NCBI RefSeq assembly: GCF_006345805.1
Contig: NC_043021.1
Coordinates: 14,012,001-14,076,000, forward strand
From: Octopus sinensis
Lineage: Eukaryota
Direction of reading: 5' to 3'
DNA length: 64,000 nucleotides
The notes below the pieces were generated by a model, which saw only the letters and a program-made list of their open reading frames with translations, did not search any database and was not told the DNA's origin. Shown piece by piece: positions 25,716 through 37,602 of the stretch (positions are counted from its first letter, which is position 1; every line of letters starts with the position of its first letter). A program made the translations under genes and the position numbers.

Positions 25716-27495
25716 GATTAGAAAATTACTATTTTTAAATCTCACAATGTGAGATATTCAGCAACAGTACTTTGTAGTAAAGATTGTTTGCCAACATAAC
25801 ATGGGGCTAAATTACAGCAACATTAGTCCTAAACCAGGACTGCCATGTTATGTTGGCAAACAATCTTTACTATAAAAATAATGCTAATTACTAATGATAC
25901 TGATGGTCACTTCTGTCGTTTTCGACATTTGAGTGTTTGCAGGAAAGGATTTAAAGTGAAAAAAAAAATTAGGAAATGATAAAAATGTAAGGAAAAGAAA
26001 ACAAACAAGTGTAAAAGTAAAAAGGAACAAACAAAAGAAGCTGCATCTATTTGTGGTGGATGTGTGAATGTAATAATAATGATGATGATGATGATTTCAA
26101 ATTTTGGCACAAGAAGCACAATTTCGGCGGTGGCGGGGGGGGGGTCAATTACATCAACACCAGTACTCTACTGCTACTTATTTTATCGACCCTGAAAGGA
26201 TGAAAGGCAAAGTTAACCCTAGCAGAATGTAAAAATGGACAATATGCTGCTGACAATTTCCCCAGTTTGCCACCTTAAATAATAATAATAATAATGCCCT
26301 GATGCAGTACCAGGCAGTGGCTCTCATGGCTTCTGATCTTAACTGATTGGAAGTGTTATCATGTACATTGTTTTTTCTTGGTATAAAAGATGGGCTACAG
26401 CAAATATTCTGCTCAATACCACAGATTTGCTTGTCAGTTGTTTGACCTTAACCAATTGACCATGTCCCTTAGTGGCTGACGATATGTGCATCTCTGACCA
26501 TGAGCAGAAGTAGTGGGAGAGCATCATAGCCATATGTTGAGAGGGATTCTTTGGGATTTGAATAATTTACTTCTGGAAACATGGGTGTTTTGTTCAACAT
26601 CCTTAAACAACCCTTATTCAGAGACCTTTTGAGTGGGATGGGTTACTCGAACAGAAGAAAATTCTAACTGGGCCCCACTTGCAAGGCCATGTGCTGTTTA
26701 TCTTGATAGGAGATCACCATGATGCACACATTTGGTCATGATGCATGTGCCTAGTACACCACTTAGCATTTTGCCCAGCATGCTAATGATTCTGCTAGTT
26801 CGCTTCCTTCCACAAATGATAATAGTAATGGTTTCAAATTTTACCACAAGGGCAGCAATTTTGGGGAAGTGGATGAGCCAATTACATTGACCCCAGTGTT
26901 TCACTGGTGCTTAATTTATTGACCCCAAAAGGATGAAAGGAAAAGTTGATCTTGGTGGAATTTGAACACAGAACATAGCAGCCAATGAAATACCACTAAG
27001 TATTTCGCCTGGCATGCTAATGATTCCGCCAGCTTGTTGCTTTGATAATAATAATGAGAATGATGATGATTTCTGTTGAGGCAAGTGAAATCGAAATTGA
27101 AATCAAATTCGATGACTGGCATCCATGCTAGTCGAGCGCTAAGAGTACCATACGAGTATGATTGTTGCCAGAGCAACAAGCGGGCCTCCGTGCCGGTGGC
27201 ACATAAACACCATTCAAGCATGATCATTACCTGCGTTGCCTTACTGGCACTTGTGCTGGTGGCATGTGAAAAAATATTTGAGCGAGGTCGTTGCCAGTGC
27301 CGCTGGACTGGCTCCTGTGCAGGTGGCACATAAAAAGCACCATTTGAGCGTGGCTGTTGCCAGATGATGATGATGAAGATGAATAAAAGTGGATGTTAAA
27401 TAATGATAATGATACAGACATGGTTTAATCATCGGAGATCTGCTGATTAATAGCTAATAAAAAATAAAACTACAATAGAAACAGCGGAGATTTAC

Positions 27496-27618
27496 CTTAT
27501 ATAGATTGTCATCACATGACCTCCACCAATTCCACAACTCTGGAAATTAATTAAACCAACACATAAGATGGTGGCAATGGCAGCATCAACAGCACTTCCA
27601 TTTTTTCTGAGAATTTCT
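27496..27618 (-). CDS. GGT1: GGT coding exon 2
   Basis: ttccag|(V)EILRKNGSAVDAAIATILCVGLINFQSCGIGGGHVMTIYI(R)|gtaaat; contains the GSAVDAAIA..C.G..S.GIGGG motif; phase 2/2. Confidence 0.97.
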
Positions 27619-27751
27619 CTGGAAATCAGGAATTACAAGAAATGGAGAACAAATGGTTAAAATATGTTTGTGTGGAGCTGAATGTAAATGAGATACAGGC
27701 TACAATTATAACTGCAAGAATATCTATGAATATATATGTGTATATGTATAC

Positions 27752-27784
<33 letters not shown>

Positions 27785-27808
27785 CATATATATATGTGTG
27801 TGTATATA

Positions 27809-28610
27809 TACGAGGGCTGATCAATAAGTATACAGACAGTTGCTATACTAATGAAACTGAAGCCGCTTGGCAAAGATTGACCTTGAAATCTGCTGTGCAT
27901 GTGCACTAAGTTTTAACGTTCTAGCTCCCTTCCACTATTCATAGCGGTGCTTCAAATGAAGGTGTGTGTGATGTGTGATCATCGCATTGACTATGACAGA
28001 GAAATTTGTCATGGCGATACTTGCTTAGGGTCTGCAAAGTTGCAGAAAATGTATGGAGAGGAGTGTATGGGCCACACACAAGTGTACAAGCGATTCAGAC
28101 GTTTCTTAGATGGCTGTAAAAATGTCGATATTGATGAAGGTTTTGGGAGACCCACAATCAGCAGAACCGTGAAAACCATTGCAGATGTGCATGCAGCTGT
28201 GAGGGGAAATTGTCAAATCACTATCCATGAGTTATCAGAGGATGTGCAGATTAGTTATGGTTCAGTTCAGTCCATTATCATTGAAGATTTGAATATGAGA
28301 TGTGTGTCTGCCAAGTTTATGACAAAACTGCTTTCAGCTGACTGAAAAAACACTTGGGTTTCAGTTGCACAAGATCTTGATTGTGTTGAGAACTATGAAA
28401 TCTTTTTGTAAAATTTGCGTAGGCCTCTGAACAGGTATCACCAAGCTTCTGGCAAAATTTGATGTACATTCTCTGCTCAACTTTCTCTGTCATGGTCAAT
28501 GTGATCACACACTACACATGTTCCTTCGAAGTATTGCTGTAAACAGCAGAAGTGAGCTAGAATGTTAAAACATAGTGTGTATGCACAGTAGAGTTCAAGC
28601 TCAATTTGTG
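27809..28610. mobile_element. Two convergent 5' halves of one mariner family
   Basis: Plus strand: TIR tacgagggctgatcaataag and ORF 27947-28345 (HTH, GRPTISRT). Minus strand: MTEKVEQRMYIKFCQKLGDTCSEAY (28317-28508) with a homologous 5' UTR. Confidence 0.75.
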
Positions 28611-28649
28611 CCTAGCGGCTTTACTCTGTGTGCTTTAGCTTCGTTAATA

Positions 28650-28875
28650 TGGCAGAAACGTTAGCACGCCGGATGAAACACTTAGTGGTATTTCGTCTGC
28701 CATTACGTTCTGAGTTCAAATTCTGCCGAGGTCGACTTGCCTTTCGTCCTCTCGGGGTCAATAAATTAAGTACCAGTTACGCACTGGGGTCGATGTAATT
28801 GACTTAATCCGTTTGTCTGTCCTTGTTTGTCCCTTCTGTGTGGAGCCCCTTGCGGGCAGTAAAGAAATAAGAATC
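28650..28875 (+). mobile_element. SINE family C
   Basis: ggcagaaacgttagcacgccgg..gagttcaaattctgccgaggtcgac..gtaaagaaataag; other copies near 4340, 16740, 17105, 26770, 44545, 44790, 47090 and 63765. Confidence 0.75.
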
Positions 28876-29002
28876 AATATCGCTCAAGTATTGTTGTCCC
28901 AATTTAAGAATCACGCAGGCGCATAACACTCACACGAAAATATATTATTTCTTCGAAGAATAACAGTCTGGATACTTGTTAATCAGCCCACGTATGGACA
29001 TG

Positions 29003-29033
<31 letters not shown>

Positions 29034-29045
29034 ACGTATATGTCC

Positions 29046-29081
<36 letters not shown>

Positions 29082-29384
29082 ATATATGCATAAATATATG
29101 TGTGTGTGTATATAATAGTATGTATTGGAAGGTTGGGAGATGATGTACAGGTATTATATATTAGAAGAAATAGTATGTATATATATATATAATATATACA
29201 CACACACACAAACAAGGTGTGATGAATATATTGTCATCTAAATTATGCAAAAACGAAAATAACACTAACATCTCATTTTAACAGATATATTTACCAAAAT
29301 TGCATAAAAATATCTTGAAATACTAAAAAAGTGGGAGAGAGGAAGAGAACGAGAGATAAATAATGAGAGAGAATGTTCACTTAC

Positions 29385-29596
29385 ACTCCAATTTCTGTAC
29401 AGTTTGAATGGGCATCGGAAGCAATGGCTGTATGTATGAATGTTCCAGTAAGATCGGGACACGGGTCTGATGGGGTTTCATGTCCATGTCCATTTTCATT
29501 CTTTAATCCAAAGTAGACAGTGACAGCAACAACAGCTGCCAACACCAAAAGGCCCACCAGTACAAGGGCTGGGATAACATATTTCTTGGACAGCAT
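29385..29596 (-). CDS. GGT1: GGT coding exon 1 (type-II signal anchor)
   Basis: MLSKKYVIPALVLVGLLVLAAVVAVTVYFGLKNENGHGHETPSDPCPDLTGTFIHTAIASDAHSNCTEIG(V)|gtaagt. The ATG is one base after the acceptor ttttatag, so an upstream 5'UTR exon is expected. Confidence 0.93.
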
Positions 29597-29678
29597 TCTA
29601 TAAAAGAGAAACAGGATAGCATTTAGAAATTTCAGCATAAACACTTATACACACACATATGCATATATATACATGTAT

Positions 29679-29724
<46 letters not shown>

Positions 29725-29893
29725 ATATTATATATATATATATAATATATATATATATATATGCATATATGTATATGTATATGATTATCTATATAACGGG
29801 AAGCTTTATGAAAATAAACAAAAGACGAAGGCAGGTGGGAAACAAACAAACAATTGTATTAGTATGGCGCTCAGGAATATAAATAAAACAAGT

Positions 29894-29929
29894 CTTTTAC
29901 GTTTCGAGCCTACGCTCTTCAACAGAAAG
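29894..29929 (-). ncRNA. Minimal hammerhead-like motif with a core variant (A6U)
   Basis: CTTT-CTGTTGA-A-GAGC-GTAG-GCTC-GAAAC-GTA^AAAG, within a TA-flanked element at ~29787-29970. Confidence 0.55.
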
Positions 29930-30108
29930 ATACACAGAAAAGAAACACGGAGAGAAACAAGGAGAGAAAATGCATATGATTATATTTATATATGCATATA
30001 TGTATATGTATATGATTATATATATATCTGCATATATGTATATATATATATGCATATATGTATATGATATATATATATATATATATATATGCATGAATGT
30101 ATGTATTG

Positions 30109-30139
<31 letters not shown>

Positions 30140-30141
<2 letters not shown>

Positions 30142-30440
30142 TGTGCCTTCTCGAACCACGCCTAGCTCATAAGGGCCGGTTTCCCAGTTTCCTTGGCATA
30201 TAGGTTCCCCACCTGGACCGGATGCCGGTCCGTCGCAGGTGAGCTGCAAGATGCAGGAGGAAAGAGCAAGAGAAAGTTGTGGCAAAAGAGTCAGCAGAAG
30301 TTTGCCATTACCTTCTGCTGGAGCCGCGTGGAGCTTAGGTGTTTCGCTCATAAACACACACATCGCCAAGTCTGAGATTCAAACCCACAATCCCTCGACT
30401 GCAAGTCCGCTGCTCCAACCACTAGGCTATCTGCCTCCAC
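30140..30440 (-). mobile_element. tRNA-derived SINE family D
   Basis: Reverse complement of the 36520-36790 copy. Confidence 0.75.
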
Positions 30441-30669
30441 ACACACGCACGCACGCACACACACACACAACACACACACACACACACACCGTTGAGAAAC
30501 CAATTATAGCAGTGTTTCCATCTAAGAATATCTGGAGAAGGAATTTTATTACGAAAAATTATCAGTCTATGGATGACTAAATTTCAACAGGTATATAGCC
30601 CATTGTTTGTATTATAGTGCATTGTACCTTTCAAAACTTTTTATTCTTTATATATATATCTATATATAT

Positions 30670-32847
30670 ATATATGCATATATATATTATCATTATCAAC
30701 TACATTTTTCCATGCTTCCATGAGTTAGACAGAATTGAGGCACATTTTCTATGGCTGGGTGCCCTTCCTGTTGCTAATCTGCACCTGTTTTGAAGCAAGA
30801 TATTTCGTCATGGTTTTGGTCAACTTGGGACTATAGTAGAAGATACTTGCCCAAGACGCCACACACTGGTACTGAATCCAAAACTGCATGGTTGGAAAGC
30901 AATCTTAAATTGTTCACAATCATTCTCTCAGGTAATTTTTTTTGTAGCAATAATAAGAATTTGTGATTTAGTCACAAGGTCAGCAGTTTTCAGAGGAGTC
31001 GGTTAATCAATTTACGTTGACTCTAATACTTAACTGCTACTTTATTTTATCACTCCACCCAAAATGTAAAAGGCAAAGTTGACATTGGTAAGGTTTGAAC
31101 TCAGAACATAGGGAGAAATGGCAGGAACAAATATCACAAGGCATTTCTTCTGATGCTCTAATGACTATGTGTGGAAAATATGTGGAAGAATAGTTTTATT
31201 AATTACATCATTACATTACTATACAACTGTAGGTGTGCATATATATATATATAAAACTCTAGTTGTGTGAGTGTCTGTCCCCTTCGATTTAGATTCCTAA
31301 CTCCTCCCACATTTTGCGGTGCAGTTTAACCAAATTCGGGTATCTTATAGTCGTGATTCATATCGAGCCCGTCTGGCTATTAGCGCGCGTCAACGATGAG
31401 TCTACGATTTAAAAAATAATTTAACATAATTTTTTATTCCATTTTAATGCATAATCTTTCGTGTGTCAATGGCGGCGGAGTTGGCATCCACGCTCACAGC
31501 TGCACCTGTTTGCTTCTCCACCTTCCCTCCCTCGTGAAGCTGTGGGGAAGGGAGTGTAAAGAAATCAACGTCGTAATGCGTTGTCAAGGAGACCAGCGTT
31601 CTTTTAGAACAACGACTTCATGGCTTGAAGACACCAAAACAGAAATGGCTAAGAAAGCCCGAATTGGCATCTATAAGGAAGTAACTCTCTAAAAATGCTT
31701 ATATAGTTATTTCCCTTATAAACCCGAGCAACGCCGGGCGATACTGCTAGTATATATATATATATATATAATATATATGCATATATATATTATCATTATC
31801 AACTACATTTTTCCATGCTTCCATGAGTTAGACAGAATTGAGGCACATTTTCTATGGCTGGGTGCCCTTCCTGTTGCTAATCTGCACCTGTTTTGAAGCA
31901 AGATATTTCGTCATGGTTTTGGTCAACTTGGGACTATAGTAGAAGATACTTGCCCAAGACGCCACACACTGGTACTGAATCCAAAACTGCATGGTTGGAA
32001 AGCAATCTTAAATTGTTCACAATCATTCTCTCAGGTAATTTTTTTTGTAGCAATAATAAGAATTTGTGATTTAGTCACAAGGTCAGCAGTTTTCAGAGGA
32101 GTCGGTTAATCAATTTACGTTGACTCTAATACTTAACTGCTACTTTATTTTATCACTCCACCCAAAATGTAAAAGGCAAAGTTGACATTGGTAAGGTTTG
32201 AACTCAGAACATAGGGAGAAATGGCAGGAACAATATCACAAGGCATTTCTTCTGATGCTCTAATGATTATGTGTGGAAAATATGTGGAAGAATAGTTCTA
32301 TTAATTACATCATTACATTACTATACAACTGTAGGTGTGCATATATATATAAAACTCTAGTTGTGTGAGTGTCTGTCCCCTTCGATTTAGATTCCTAACT
32401 CCTCCCACATTTTGCGGTGCAGTTTAACCAAATTCGGGTATCTTATAGTCGTGATTCATATCGAGCCCGTCTGGCTATTAGCGCGCGTCAACGATGAGTC
32501 TACGATTTAAAAAATAATTTAACATAATTTTTTATTCCATTTTAATGCATAATCTTTCGTGTGTCAATGGCGGCGGAGTTGGCATCCACGCTCACAGCTG
32601 CACCTGTTTGCTTCTCCACCTTCCCTCCCTCGTGAAGCTGTGGGGAAGGAGTGTAAAGAAATCAACGTCGTAATGCGTTGTCAAGGAGACCAGCGTTCTT
32701 TTAGAACAACGACTTCATGGCTTGAAGACACCAAAACAGAAATGGCTAAGAAAGCCCGAATTGGCATCTATAAGGGAAGTAACTCTCTAAAAATGCTTAT
32801 ATAGTTATTTCCCTTATAAACCCGAGCAACGCCGGGCGATACTGCTA

Positions 32848-32848
<1 letters not shown>
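30670..32848 (+). repeat. ~1.1-kb near-identical tandem duplication (period ~1103 bp)
   Basis: cattatcaactacatttttcc at 30691 and 31794; the copies differ by a few SNPs and homopolymer indels. Confidence 0.95.
31240..31750 (+). mobile_element. Non-autonomous Helitron; duplicate at 32340-32848
   Basis: 5' (TA)n-aaaact; 3' subterminal hairpin CCCGagcaacgcCGGG, then CTAG followed by T. Confidence 0.75.
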
Positions 32849-32882
<34 letters not shown>

Positions 32883-34859
32883 TGTATGTAAAAATATATA
32901 TGAATTATATTGTTAATAATTTACAATAATATCAGTGGCTAGCATGTGTAAAAGAACCATAAAAGCAAAATTATTAATTAATAATGAAGGGTACTACTTG
33001 TAGCACCAGCTTGCTAAAAATAGTAGTCAAAACAACTCAAAACCAGTTTTCATTTGACGAAGAGGCCACAGCAACAACAGCAATGCAGGGGCGAGGAGTC
33101 CGGGCCTGTGAAACAATGAACAAACAGAGCTACTGTTGTCAGTGATGTGTACAAGCATGGCAGCTGCCAGGGTGCAAGGCAGAGCGCAACGACAGCAAAG
33201 GCAAGGGCACTCATGTTTGGGTGGACAAGGTGGCAGGAGCACATTAAGGACTCACCAGCCATGTACAGTCAAGAGGCACATTCCTGTGTCAGCAATTGCT
33301 AAGTGAAAGAGAGGGCTGGGAGCTATCCTTCCACACAACTATCTCATCCGATCAGCAAGACCCTACACTTGTGATTTCTTTTGATGCTAAACACCCCAGC
33401 CCCTCTGCCCCTGACTACTTACATCATGGAAGCAACCTCATTCATTCTCAACTGTTACACTAACACTATAAGCTCCTTGCCTCTCTCTCTGTCTCTCTCC
33501 CTCCTCTCTTTGTCTCACCCCCCCCACTCTCTCTTTACCTCAACCCTTTAGAATTCAGATTAGTGTGTCAAGTGCAATGTTTATTTATTCATGTTGTTTT
33601 GAATTATTTGTACAATATTTCATACCTTCAAGATTCCAGTGACGTGATTGTTTAGTTCTAGTATGACATTGTAGAGTAAGGTCAGAGAGTTCAGATCTGG
33701 CCAGTTTGAGCATAAAACAGGTAAAATATTTTGGCTGAATGTGGCCAGTTGAATAGCAGAAACAGCCTGTTAGTCCCCTGTCACTTAGAGAGCTGTTATG
33801 GTAGCTAAACTTCCTCCCTAAACAATATAGAGGGATGACATTCTCAGCTGTCATGATGGCAACCTGTCTAGCAAGTCTGGCACTCTGAAGTGACTCAACA
33901 CTGAGAAAAGGGATTTGCACAGAGAACATGTCAGCTTTGCAATCAACAGTCACGAGTCCACTGAGGTGAGAAGTATCATCATCATCATCATCATCACCAT
34001 TGTTGTTTTAATGTCCACCTTTCCATGCTTGTATGGGTTGGATGGAATATCATCAACGCGAGATATTTCACAGCTGGATGCCCTTCCTATCACCAACCCT
34101 CACTTGTTTCCAAGTGAGGTAATATTTCTCCATAACTAGACATATCTTCACGGCAGATTGGAAGTGAAGGTACTTCTTGTATGACAGTGACATTTGCTTA
34201 CAACTATACAACTATCACATGATGTCAAGGCAAGGAGACAGTAACACACACACACACATATGCACACAGATACGCACACACACAACAGGCTTCTCTCAGT
34301 TTCCATCATCTACTAAATCCATTCACTAGTCATTCATTAGCTTGGAACTATAGTAAAAAAACATTTGCCCATGGTGCAGAAACATCTGCCATACAATGGA
34401 ATTGAACCTGAAACTATGTGGTTGTGAAGCAGACTTCTTGACCACACACCCATTCCTATGCCTGTGTGTGCGTGTAAGTGTAATTTTTTACTAACTGAGG
34501 ATACTGCATGGATTACTTAAGCACCTGCAGTTTTCATGCTAAGTCTTTTTAAACAAATCGAAGCTTTATGCTAATAGATAATTTAGGTGCTAGTTTGCTT
34601 TTTTTACATAATCTTTCTTAAATAACTTTATTTAAAATTATATTCTAAAGCAATTTGCATGAACGAATGGATGAAAACTTTACTTTTTAATCATACACAC
34701 ACACACACACACACTCATACAAATTGTCAGTTTCTTCTTTTTGCTTTATGTGTGAAATAGTCAAGAAAACTCTGGGGTCACACACATATGTATATATTTG
34801 TATATGTGTCTTTGTGTCTGTGTTTGTCCTTCACCAACACTTGACAACCAGTGTTGGTG

Positions 34860-35170
34860 TTTTCGGCACGTAAAAAGCACCATCCGATCGTGGCCGTTGC
34901 CAGCCTCGCCTGGCCCCTGTGCTGGTGGCATGTAAAAAGCACCATCCAACCGTGGCCGTTTGCCAGCCCCGTCTGGCACCTGTGCTGGTGGCACATAAAA
35001 AGCACCCACTACACTCACGGAGTGGTTGGCGTTAGGAAGGGCATCCAGCCGTAGAAACATTGCCAGATCAGACTGGGCCTGGTGCAGCCTTCTGGCTTCC
35101 CAGACCCCAGTTGAACCGTCCAAGCCATGCTCGCATGGAAAGCGGACGCTAAATGATGATGATGATGATG
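34860..35170 (+). mobile_element. SINE family B with internal tandem subunits
   Basis: Repeated aaaagcacc..cgtggccgtt..gtgctggtggca subunits and a (GAT)n tail. Confidence 0.8.
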
Positions 35171-35612
35171 AACTTAGCAGTTCAGCACGAGAGACCAAAA
35201 GAACTGGGGTGAATTCATTAGACTAAAAATTATTTCAGGTGGTGACCCAGCATGGCCACAATCTACTGATTGAAGCAAATAGAAATTAAAAGATAAAATG
35301 TGTACTCCTCGATACCAAATGAGCATACGAAATATATTAGAAAGCAATAAGACAAACTTGTAAATTGACTAAATATGCATTTCTTGTTTAAATCTGTTTG
35401 ACTGTGAGGAAAGCCTCAGGGAAGTCCTTTGAATGGGCAAGTTTTTGATCACTGCTGCACAGGACAGTAAAAACATCAGCACTTCAAGAGATAAAATAAG
35501 TTGACAACGTGTCTGCTGGCTTAACACTGCTGGAAGGCAAGCAGTAAAATATCTGCTTTCCCTTTCTTGGCCTCTCACTCATTTCTTTTGTCCCGCATTT
35601 TGACAGCCCCTT

Positions 35613-35894
35613 CTCAGAGAGATGGTAGACTTTGCAGCTTCGCAGCAAGATGCATAGGAACAGTTGGCGGTTAGATGACATGTGCTATATACTTCCGAAT
35701 TCCGATCTATACCATCTTAGAGAAATTTCATTAAAAAATACCAGTTTTACTGAAAATTATGAGCAAACAAAATCGATGGGAGTAGTCACACGTGTGTAGT
35801 TAAGGCGGAAGTATATAGCACATGTCATCTAACCGCCAACTGTTCCTATGCATCTTGCTGCGAAGCTGGAAAGTCTACCTACCATCTCTCTGAG
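35613..35894. repeat. ~85-bp inverted repeat with a ~108-bp spacer
   Basis: 35613-35697 is the near-exact reverse complement of 35806-35894. Confidence 0.85.
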
Positions 35895-36391
35895 TCTGCC
35901 TGTAACCCCATAACATCTCTCGTATATGGTTAGCATACGTTGATTACACTGCTAGATCAAATTCCTACACTCTCCTTTTCTACATATCGAAGCTTGATAA
36001 CAGAAAAGTTCTGTCTTCTTCCCCACTATCTACAACTTGAGTATGCGCTTACGTTTACTTTGAGACCTCTTTATTCTAAGTTTTACCTCTACGTTTGGCA
36101 GCTATTCTATAAACTATCTGACATTCGTGAGTTCAGAACGTTCTGCATACAGAAGTTCGTGCAGGCAGTCAGTCTTAAACCCGTTTGTTTGGAACACTGA
36201 TTAACAGACGAGAGGGCGGAGAACTGGGCCGCGTGAGTGTAGGGAGAGAGGTATACATAGTGTGTGAGCGTGTGTATACATATGTGTACATATTTACACA
36301 TATATAAGTATGTGTGTGTGTATGTATATACACACACACACTGGTTTGGTGATGCAAGCAGCAAAACAACTCAAAACGAGTACACACACAC

Positions 36392-36451
<60 letters not shown>

Positions 36452-36519
36452 AAATATATATATATTAATAAATGGCAGAATTTACAGAGTTACTCAAGGG
36501 CTGAAAGTTTCATGCATTA

Positions 36520-36790
36520 TGTGTGTGGAGGCACAAGGACTAGTGGTCAGAGCAGCAGACTCGCAGTCGAGGGATCAAATCTCAGACCGGGTGATGTGTG
36601 TGTTTATGAGTGAAATACCTAAGCTCCACGCAGCTCCCACAGAAAGTAATGGCGAACTTTCTGCTGACTCTTTCGCCACAACTTTCTCTCACTCTTTCCT
36701 CCTGCATCTTGTAGCTCACCTGTGACGGACTGGCGTCCCGTCCAAGGAAACCGGTACTTATGAGCCAGGCATGGTTCGAAAAGGAACAAA
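36520..36790 (+). mobile_element. tRNA-derived SINE family D
   Basis: gtggaggcacaaggactagtggtcagagcagcagactcgcagtcgagggatc head. Confidence 0.75.
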
Positions 36791-37304
36791 TATATATATA
36801 TATATATACACACAAAATAAGAAAATGGAGGAATAGATTTCTTTCAATCATCAACTACTAGATAATACCAATTCATATAATTTATTAACTAATTATTTTG
36901 GAACATCCAGATCAAACAGAATAAAACGGTACACATCAATAAGTAAGATAATACCATAAGAACAATACATATAAAATGGATCTTACAGCTGTTTCAGCCT
37001 GTAGATAAGAGTATCTCATTATGCTCATATTAGTCAGATGTATTGATGTATTGAGTATTTACTGGCAGTATATTGGATAAATGATATCCCATAGTGGGTT
37101 ACACTCATAACCCCTATCTCACTTTGTAATATATATACATTAAGGGGGAAGAGTCTATGTATGCACTGCATGCCTTACTATTTTCCCATGATAAATAACT
37201 TTTGTGTAAGATATAATTGGTTATTGATAATTTTCGCTGGATTCATTGTAGTCGTATTTACTTTTATTTTGCATTCCTTCATGACTTAATAAATAATGTA
37301 AGCT

Positions 37305-37420
37305 ATTCAACAAAATCTGTTACTCTGAGTTTCTCGTTGCCGTTCATCAGACAGTTTTTGCTAGCAAAAACTGTCTGATGAACGGCAACGAGAAACTCAG
37401 AGTAACAGATTTTGTTGAAT
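37305..37420. ncRNA. 116-bp perfect palindrome carrying a hammerhead motif on each strand
   Basis: Plus 37371-37408: CTGT-CTGATGA-ACG-GCAA-CGA-GAAAC-TCAGA-GTA^ACAG; mirror image on the minus strand at 37317-37354. Confidence 0.7.
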
Positions 37421-37571
37421 TTTCTGCTGCTTAAAATAAAGCATATTACTCTACCACTGGTATTTGAGTACTCTTTTTTCCACCTTGTTTCACATTTATG
37501 TGTTTACTCCGGTCTAACCCGCTCCTTGTAAAAGTTTGAGCGACTCTGCACAAGTAGGAAGAACAAACAGC

Positions 37572-37599
<28 letters not shown>

Positions 37600-37602
<3 letters not shown>

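Noticed and set aside
33250-33330. Minus-strand CTG|GTGAGT donor as an alternative GGT 5' exon
   Set aside because: A donor motif alone is not enough evidence.
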